From contig JACKFL010000005.1 in assembly GCA_020632495.1 (NCBI GenBank), positions 1,036,925 to 1,100,924 on the forward strand: a stretch of DNA of 64,000 bases, given 5' to 3'. Below, piece after piece: positions 11,701 to 20,700 of the stretch; position 1 is the stretch's first letter; each line of letters starts with the position of its first letter. The notes beneath the pieces were generated by a model, which was not told the DNA's origin, made no database searches, and saw only the letters and a list, made by a program, of their open reading frames with translations. The DNA comes from Candidatus Omnitrophota bacterium. GTDB taxonomy: Bacteria; Omnitrophota; Gorgyraeia; Zapsychrales; Zapsychraceae. The translations under genes were made by a program, and so were the position numbers.

Positions 11701-14700
11701 ACGATCGCCGATCAGAATCTGCGCGACGCGCTGTTCCAGGAGGCGCGGACGGTCCTCAGTCCGCTCAATCCGCGGTGGAGCAAGATCGAAACGGCTATCC
11801 GCGGGAACAAGGCCTTGATCGACCGGCTGGTCGACAAGAAGGCCAGCCTGATTATCCGCAACGTGACCGGCGGGGAGGTGAATCTGGATGAATCGATGGA
11901 CGAGGTCCAGCGTATGCTGCTGGAACACCGGGCTTACCGCGAGGCCAGCCATGAGTTGAGGGCGGTCCTGCAGTTTATTCCGCCCGGCAAGATGCACCGC
12001 CTGTCCGCTCTGGAGGAACGCCTCGATGACGATATCCGCGTCCGCAAAAGTGCGCCGACACTCACCGAGAGTATCATCGGAAGCGGCAGCGGGACGCCGA
12101 CGCCCGGCATAGCGACGGTGCGCGGCTTCGCGCGGACCAAAAATGACTTGCCGCTGATTGTCCAGGGGATGGGACAGAGCGTCTGGGTTAGGGAGCACGA
12201 AGTCCAGCACGTGATCAACAGCGGATTTACCCTGTACACCTCGGCCGGTTTGAAGACCCCGGGAAGTTTCAATGCGCTGTGGCGGCGGGCGCTGCGGGGC
12301 AAGGCGGTCGCCGATGAAGCCCTGACGGTGACCGACGTCCTGCGGGAGTATCTGCCGGAAGGACGGGTACCCGAACGGACAAACGTGGGCCGGTTTCAGA
12401 TCGTGCACGCGCCGTGGCGGACTTCGCCGGACAAACCGGATAATTTCTTTGAACATGTCGTCATGCCCTTCGATGAAGGGCAGTTTTTCTTCGGTGCGCC
12501 CGCGCAGCCCGACACCGTTGACTGGCGATTCGACGAAGACACCGTCTTTTGGGAAGGACAAATCAACGGGACAGGATTGTCCTTCATCGAACAACGCTGG
12601 CCGTACGCGCTCAATCATTTTCTTATCGTACCGCAGCGCGGCGAACACCGGCCTCAGGTCCTGACCGAACAAGACGTGCGGCTGATGATGGACATCGCCC
12701 GGTCCGAACCGTTGCCGGGCTTCCGTTTGGCTTTCAACAGCCTGAAGGCCGGCGCCTCGATCAATCATCTTCATCTGCACGGCTTGACCGTTCCCGGCAA
12801 TACGTCCGCGTTGGAGCAGGCGGACCTGGTTGAATTGGCACGCCGGGACGGGGTGACCGTCAAGCGTATTGAAGGGGACATCGCCCGCGGGCTCTACTTT
12901 ACCGGCGCCGATCCCGCGGCGGCGGCCGCCACGGCTTACCAATATATTCAACGCCTGCAGGATCAGGATATCGCCCACACGGCCATCGCCACACCGGACG
13001 GTTTATTTGTGCTCCCTGTGCACGGAAATATCATCACCAGTTACGGGATGACCTGGTCTTTTTACGAATTGATGGGCTTTATTGTCAATTCGGACACCGG
13101 CCGGGACTTTTCATGGGTTCGGGAAGAACATATTCTGGCCGAGATGAAGGAAGTCGTGCTCAGCGAACAAGAATTCAACGACACTTACCGGGGCCTGTGG
13201 TCACGGGAGGCCGATAAGGCGGTCTTGACCGCGGGCCCGGTCTACGGTCAGCAGGTTGAGATCGTCGTGCGTCCCGACGGTATGCGTATCGACGGACGGA
13301 CTCTTTCGAATGGCTTGCCGGATATCCGGCATGATTTGAAGCACATCGCGTTTGCCGCGGTCACCGGACGCAGCAGTGTCCTCGATCATTTGACGTACGG
13401 CGCCTACAGTTCCCGGGCCTGGGATGATTTCACCTTCCGCGAGGGAATTCACGCCGGCAATCTGGAAGAGATTTTCGTGCGCGCGATGGAGATTTATCTG
13501 GCCGCCGGCACGCAGACGAATGCGCAGGAGCGGCTCGCCGCGATCACGGCCGATCTCGGAAGACCCGTAGATGAACTGCCTGCGGAATTTGCGGTCTCGC
13601 TGGAGAACGGCTCACTGTTCCGCCGCGTGCTGGATGCGTACGCGGGGCTCGACCGGCAATTGACGACAGAAGGGGAAGTCCGCGTGACTCACCGTTACGC
13701 GCCGCGTTTTCTCAAACCTGCCACCGGCGATGCCGCGATGACCGCCGCCGAACATGACGAGCAGCGCGCGAACGTGGCGCGCATCTATGCGGGCATGGCG
13801 GAGAACTTTAACGTCACCACCGGACAACCGATGTTCCGGGACAGCGAGCGGGTCGCGGCCATGGCCGGGATGTTTTCCACAGGACCCGACGGAGAACGGC
13901 GGGCGGTAGAGACCGACATTTATTCCGTGGCGTTGATGCAACTGCCGCAGGCCATGCGCGACTGGCTGCGGGATATCTTGGTGGCGGATTGGTTACAAAT
14001 CTTCACCGAAACCGATGAGGACATCGATCACTTTATTCCAGAACGCGACACCTATCATATCAGCGTGTCGGTGGTCCAGGATCTGGCCGCCCGACCGGAT
14101 GAGGCGGTCGGAGTCCTCGGCCGGCCGGATGAAGGTTTGACTGAAGACCAGCGCCAACGCATCACGGAAGATTTGCGCCGGATCATCGCGAGCCAGGATA
14201 AGGTCACGCTGACTCCGGTCGGCGCGCGGCTCGGTCCGGACGGGACCCTGATCTTCGTCTTTGAATACGATCCGGCCCTGTACGAGATTCGCGCCGAAGC
14301 GGTGGACGCGGTGCGTGCTCAAAACGCCGCCTTTACCGGACGGCCCAAACCCATGGTGCACGTGACGCTGTCCCGTACGCTCAATAATCCGACGGTAACC
14401 CCCCAGATGGCGGAAATGATCGCGCGTTTCCGTGACCGTTACACTTCGGTCACGAATGCCGACATGGGGCTGGAGGGACCGGTCACCGTGACGGAACTGG
14501 AGTTCAGTCACGAAAAGCGCTGGATGCACACCGAGATCGGCGCGTCCGAGGTGATACCGCTGGGCGGAAGCGATCAGGCCGAACTTGTGCAGTTTCATCC
14601 GTTTGATTTGCTCGGCCTTATCGATCTGGACGGAAAGCGGCTTAAGGCGGCTGTGGAGGCGCAGGAAGACGTCAATGCCTATGACGCGCCGCTTGATGAA

Positions 14701-17700
14701 GAATTGGCCCGGCTGGGATTTACCCGGGAGATGATCATCGAAGAGATCGTTTCCAAACTCGAACAGCGCCGGACGCTGGACCGCTGGGCGGCCACCGACG
14801 CCTTGGAGCACATTTTGCGCGAAGTCCTCGAAAACGCGGTCGACGCCTATATGCAGCGCGCTGATTTTGACGACGAGTTTATGTTCGGTTTCGACGTACG
14901 GTCCCACCCGCGCGGGACCGTCATCCGGTTTCTGGACAACGGAACGCCGCTGTTTGTTTCCGAAACATCCGAAGAGAAACGCGTGCAGAAGAAGGTGTTT
15001 CACAATCGTTACGGCGGAAAACATGCGGGGATGGCAATTATTCGCCATCAGGTCACCACCAATATTGATAAGAGGGCGGAGGTGAAATTGATTGATCTGA
15101 GTTCGCGCTTTCCGGGAGCCGAGCGGAAGCTTGAATTCTTCACGATGCTCGAAATCCTGCTGCCTGACGACGGGGCGGTACTTGCCGAAGCGCCGGTGAA
15201 GTCCGGACCGGGACAATTGACGTTGATGTTCCCTGTATTACGCCGGCTGAAAATAAAGGAGTTCGACAAGGGCAGTCAAACCAGGGTGTTTTCCACCGAG
15301 GCTTGGGATTATGTCTTAAAGGTTTTGCCGGCGGAGCCCAACGGCGTGTTTGTTATCGATAACTACGAACGGTTCCGGCCGTATTTGGGCGGTTTGGTCC
15401 CCGCGTATCAGATCGTGCGCCTGCTGGATACCTTCGGTATGTATCTGGAGGAAGCGGTTGTCATGGAAAAGATTTCCGGACCGAATCTTCTCGAAGATAT
15501 CCGCGCTGCCTATGAAGCCGGTGATATGACGACGGTGGACCGGGTCCTGAGTGAGTTTACGTCATTGCTGCAGGAAATTTATGACCGCGGCCTGCTGATG
15601 CCGGATGTCAAGCTGGTGAATTTCAAGAAACACGACGGACATTACCGGCTGCTTGACGCGGGGATCGTGCTCGACCCGGCGCAGTTCCGCGACGGCCGCG
15701 GGGATATCGAAACGGTCGGCGAATTCTTTATGCAGCGTCATCTGGAAAATCTGCGCGTCCTCGGTGCTGTGGGCGGTTATGAATTGATCAGCCGTTACCG
15801 GGACGCGATGGCCGCGATCGGTCTGGCGGACGGCGAAGGTTTTCTCAAGAAGGTCGGCGAGATGCCGGAAGAGATGACTCCTGCCCCGATGCCGGATATT
15901 TCCGCCGGTATCGTCCGGTCTCTGCACGCGCTGGCGGACGTACCCGCCGAGGTGACCGAGACGGCGGACGCGGAAGACTCTGCCGTTCTCAGTGAAACGG
16001 GCCGTGCCGGACTGGCTGATGAAACGCCGCTGGAAGAACTCGGTCTCAGCCGGCACAGCGAGCGCGTCCTGCGCGACCGCGGCCTGACGACTTTGGGGAT
16101 AATTAAGCAACAGCACCGCAGCGGTGCCTTGAATGATATTCCGGGGATGAAATCTCCGCTCAGCAAAGTGCGGATCGAAATCGACGGACTGATGCTGGAT
16201 TTGATTTCGGGCACCGAGTGGTCGCTGCCGGCGGTAGCCGAGGACATCGCCGCCGAGGCGGCTGATGAGATGGTCCGGGACGAAATCGAAGCGGACCCGG
16301 CGCTGACACGCGGGGAGAAAGATCAGGCGCTGTTGACCTGGCAGTCGGCCGTCGACATGCTGCGTCATTACCGCAACCGCGCGGTCTTGAGCCTGCCGCC
16401 GAAATTTACCAAGCCGGGTCAGCGCGGAATCGTGATGCTGGGCCATCTCCATGGACTTCCGTATGAGTCCCAGGAATGGTTGGATGGACTTAGGTATCTG
16501 GATGAAGCCCGGAACGGGACGGATCCACAGAAGTGGCAGCGGCATGTGACCCGTTGGGAAAATTATTTGAACCAGGCCCTGGACGTTGAGTATGCCGGCT
16601 TGTTGCAGGTCATCGAACAGGACTATGAGCGGGTGAAGACGATTCTCACGGAGATGACCGATATCCGGTTGGCGGGCGTCGAGTATTCGGCCAAGGAATT
16701 TCGCGACCTGATGCCGGAGGCCGAACAGATGGCCGTTCTTCTGCCGCAGCTGCTGCGCCGGCTCAATTTCCAATCCCCGGAGAAACGCGCGCGGCAATTG
16801 ATGTTGTTCACATACGGTCCGTTGGTGTATGCCAAGGTCACGGGTCAGGCGTTCATGCGGGACGTGGAACTGGTGCCGATCGACAATCATTTCCTGAAGA
16901 CGAGCGTCATGGGGGATGTCCGCAAGATCGATGCCGCCCTGGAGCGGGCGCGGTTCAGCCTTTCTCCCGATGCGAAACGCAGCTACCAGGCCGACGCGCA
17001 GGCGATTATCGACCGGCGTTATCGAAAGTTGCGGCTCGACCGTGACCGGCACTTCGCGCTGCAGGTCTTAAAGCACACGCGCAAAGGCCAGGCGATGCTG
17101 GTCAGTCTGGGAAATCTTCATATCGACGGGGTGGACGCGATTCTGAAAGGCCGGCGCGTCCTGCCGCGTGCCGTGATTGATATGAAAGAGTGGGAGGAAA
17201 AAGCGTCGGAATTATTCGTCTTTCCGGACCGGGCCGCCGCTGACAGGGCTGTATTCGGCGCCATTCCGGCACTCGGCGGTAATGATGCGCTTGATCTCGA
17301 CGCCTTTGTGCTCGCCGTGAGCGACACGTATCAGGACCATTTGCGCGGGGCCTGGAACGGTTCGCTGAGATTTTATGTTCCGTTGTCCGAAACCCGCCGC
17401 GACATCGATGACTTTCTGGTGACCGATCCGCGCGACGGCCGGCAGTGGGTGTATCTGGCCGCCCAGACCGGCTCGGAGGCGGGGAAGTCCGAGGCTTACC
17501 TGCTGCGCGTCAAAGAAGCGACCCCAACCAAGATCAGATTCGACGAGATCATGCTGCAACGGGCCACAGGCTTTATCCCGGTTCAGACCTTAATCGATCA
17601 GGGGCTCGCCTTACCGGGCAGCGCGGAGGTGATCATCAAACAGGCCGAGCGCTATATGCGCAACATGCGGCCGGTCATGCTCGCCCTGTTGTCCCAGGGA

Positions 17701-20700
17701 ATCGCGAAACCGAAACTGGTGCTGGGTGCGGCACGCAACAAATTCGACGATGATATGGTCTTTCTGGCAGTACCCATTGTCGATCCGGCCATTCCGCCGT
17801 CGACATTCGAGGGCCTGTATGTGGGTATGCGCGACAACGAACGCGTGTATATTCCGATGCACGCCGCCGGCGACCGCGGCCCGCATGTGCTGGTAAGGCT
17901 GCCGCGTTTGATCAAGATGACAGAGCGGGATCTCCAGGGATTGGCCGGAATAATGGCGGCGCAGACATTCATCGGCCGCCGATTGGGCGCAGAGAAGATC
18001 GGTCCGGCACTCGCCGGGGCCGGCGTTTCACTCGGCGGTGACGAAGTCGAACTCGACACGGACCGCGCCGTGGATAACATTTTTGCCCTGGACAGCGACC
18101 AGACCGACAAGGCCTGGCTCCGGCAGGATTTACGCGAGGCGCTGATATCAGCGGGTTACGTGGAAGACGAGGCCATGATCGCAGACGGTTTGGACGAAAA
18201 GGACGACGAATTTACGGAACTGCTTCGATCGAACGGTTTCGGTCGCAAGGTCGCTGAATTGATTCAACAGGAAGTTCGAAAGTCGGTCCAGCGGTTGGAA
18301 GATGGGCAAACGACCTTTGGCCAGCGTTACCGGACGGTCAAAAACTTCTTAACGAAGATTCAACCGATGGCAGACGACGGAGACACCGAGGCACAGACGA
18401 CTTTTGTCTTCGGTTTCGTTCAGCGTATGGAAGTGGTGGCTCCGAAGAAGGGCCGCCGGGCCGCCGACGTGACGGAGCGCCTGGCCCATGAATTATGGCA
18501 TGTGTACCGAAATGACGACCGGCTGGCGGATGCGTTTTCTGAACTGCGCCTGTTGGAAGAGGATTTGGTGGAAGAAGATGAAGATGTCCGCGGATGGTTC
18601 AATGACCCGGACATCGGACTGGAAGACTATGTTCCCCTATTGGAACGTCATAATCAGGAATTGGACGAGGAGCCGACCGCGGATCCCGATGATCCGGAAC
18701 CGGATTGGTATTCCAGTTTTGCCGAGGACTTGGGGCAGCTCATCTTTATGTTGACGGGCGGCAACGCAGACAAATCTTACCGGATCTTGAACGCCATGGA
18801 CCGTGGACTTTCCCTGCCGCAGGCTGTCGGGGCCGTCCTCGGCGACGAACGGCAGAGCCGCGGCGATATGGCGGTACTGGTCGAACCGCCGTACCTGGTG
18901 GGGATCACCCAGCTGCAGATCGCGGACGTGACGCGCAGTATGGTCTTCGACACCTTCAGCGGCCGGCGTCTCGGTTACCTGCGTGTTCTCAGAGCCCTCA
19001 ATGACGCGCGCATCATCCTCAACCGGGGTAAGCGCATCGATCTGAAGCTGGACCTGGCCGTATCTAATCTGCATGAGCAATCCGGCGGTGACATCGAAGA
19101 GGCGTGGCTCCGTCGCGACCTCAATACGGCCCTGCACAGCATCGGCGTCACCATCGATCAGGCGGTGTTGTCCGAAGACGGCCGTTTCCCGCCGGTAACG
19201 CAGGATGACTTCGTCACTTATTTCAAAAAAGCGTCATGGTGGGGGCCGGTGATCGACCGGCTGGAACAGTTCCGCACGGACGGCTTGATCCACAGTTACG
19301 GATTTACCGGGAGTTTCTCGCGGGGGCAGTACCGCCTCGGATCAAGTAAGGACCTGGACATCGCCCTTGTTTTGCGGGGCGAACCTTTTTACGCGAACCG
19401 ACTCGGACCGGTGGTCGATTTTATCGAGGAAATTAATTCAGATCCCGGCATCCCGGTGCACATCACATTGACGGCCTTCGGACCGTCATACCGGTATTCG
19501 GTCCGCGCGGATACGCTGGAGTTTGACCTGGTGCGTCAGCCCGAGGTGGTTCAGTACTACCTGGATGCCGGACACTATCGCGGCGACCGGTTTGTGCGGA
19601 TTGACGGAAGTACAGCGGATCCGCAGAATCTGTGGCGGTTGCACGCCAAGCTCGTTGAACTGGGACCGATGCCGGAGGAGCAGCTGCGGGAATTTTTAAG
19701 CGGCGTTGATCAGGCCGTCCTGGCGGACGTGATGGATGCCGTCCGACGGAAGCTTCAACGGGACGCGGCCTTCGCCGGACGCGGAAATGAGCATCTGCCT
19801 GGTTATCTGCGGGAGTTTCAGGCCCGCCTGATCCGCGGCCGTACCGCCGCGGACCGTGAAATCATCGACCGGTTGCTCAACAATGAGGACATCCTGACGG
19901 TCACGGATCAAACGCCGCTCTACAACGGCGCTCCGTTAACAGTCGACAATCCGGTGGCATGGGGGAATGACACGCAGATCTTTATGCAGCCCACACGCAG
20001 TATTCATCTTTATCCGGGAGACTTGCGGTTGAAGGGAAGCGGCGGAGCGAATTTCATAAAACAATTTGCCGGAACGGTGTATCCTTATAACGTGCGCGAG
20101 TTCGGCGCGCGCGCCCGGGCCATCTATTTCGGCGCCAACGAACAGAATCTGCAAAAAGAAATGACCGCGGCGCTGTCATTCGCCTATTTAATGGAAACGC
20201 TGTGGCCGACAGAAGGCGCGCAGGCGACCAATATTCCGCTGGGCATCAAGCGCGTCAAGACAGTGACCATAGGCGCAGAGCCGTATCCCGTCGACGTTTA
20301 CTTCAGTAAATTGGCCCGCGAAGATGAGGAAGCGCGGACGGCGATGGAGGAATTACTTGTGCGGCAGTTGGGCAGCCGCCGGGCTGAATATCCGGAGGAT
20401 ACCGCCGCGGCCTTTGTCGCTTTTATGCGTCCGGCGCAAATGCTGGATATGCAGGGTTCGCCGTTGCGCGTCGGTTTAATCCGCAAACTGCTGCTCGAAG
20501 ATTACAGTGCCGAACATGACTTTGATGTGGAAGTCCGTGAACGCTGGCAGCAACGCGGGCAAGCGTTGACGGGATTATCCGCCGAGGAGATCGCGCGATT
20601 GGCCAAGCAACGGGTGGATGACATATTCGGCGAAATTATGCAGGATTACCAACCGCTCGCGGTGGACGCAACCGAACTGATCACGGAAACGGAAGGAGCG

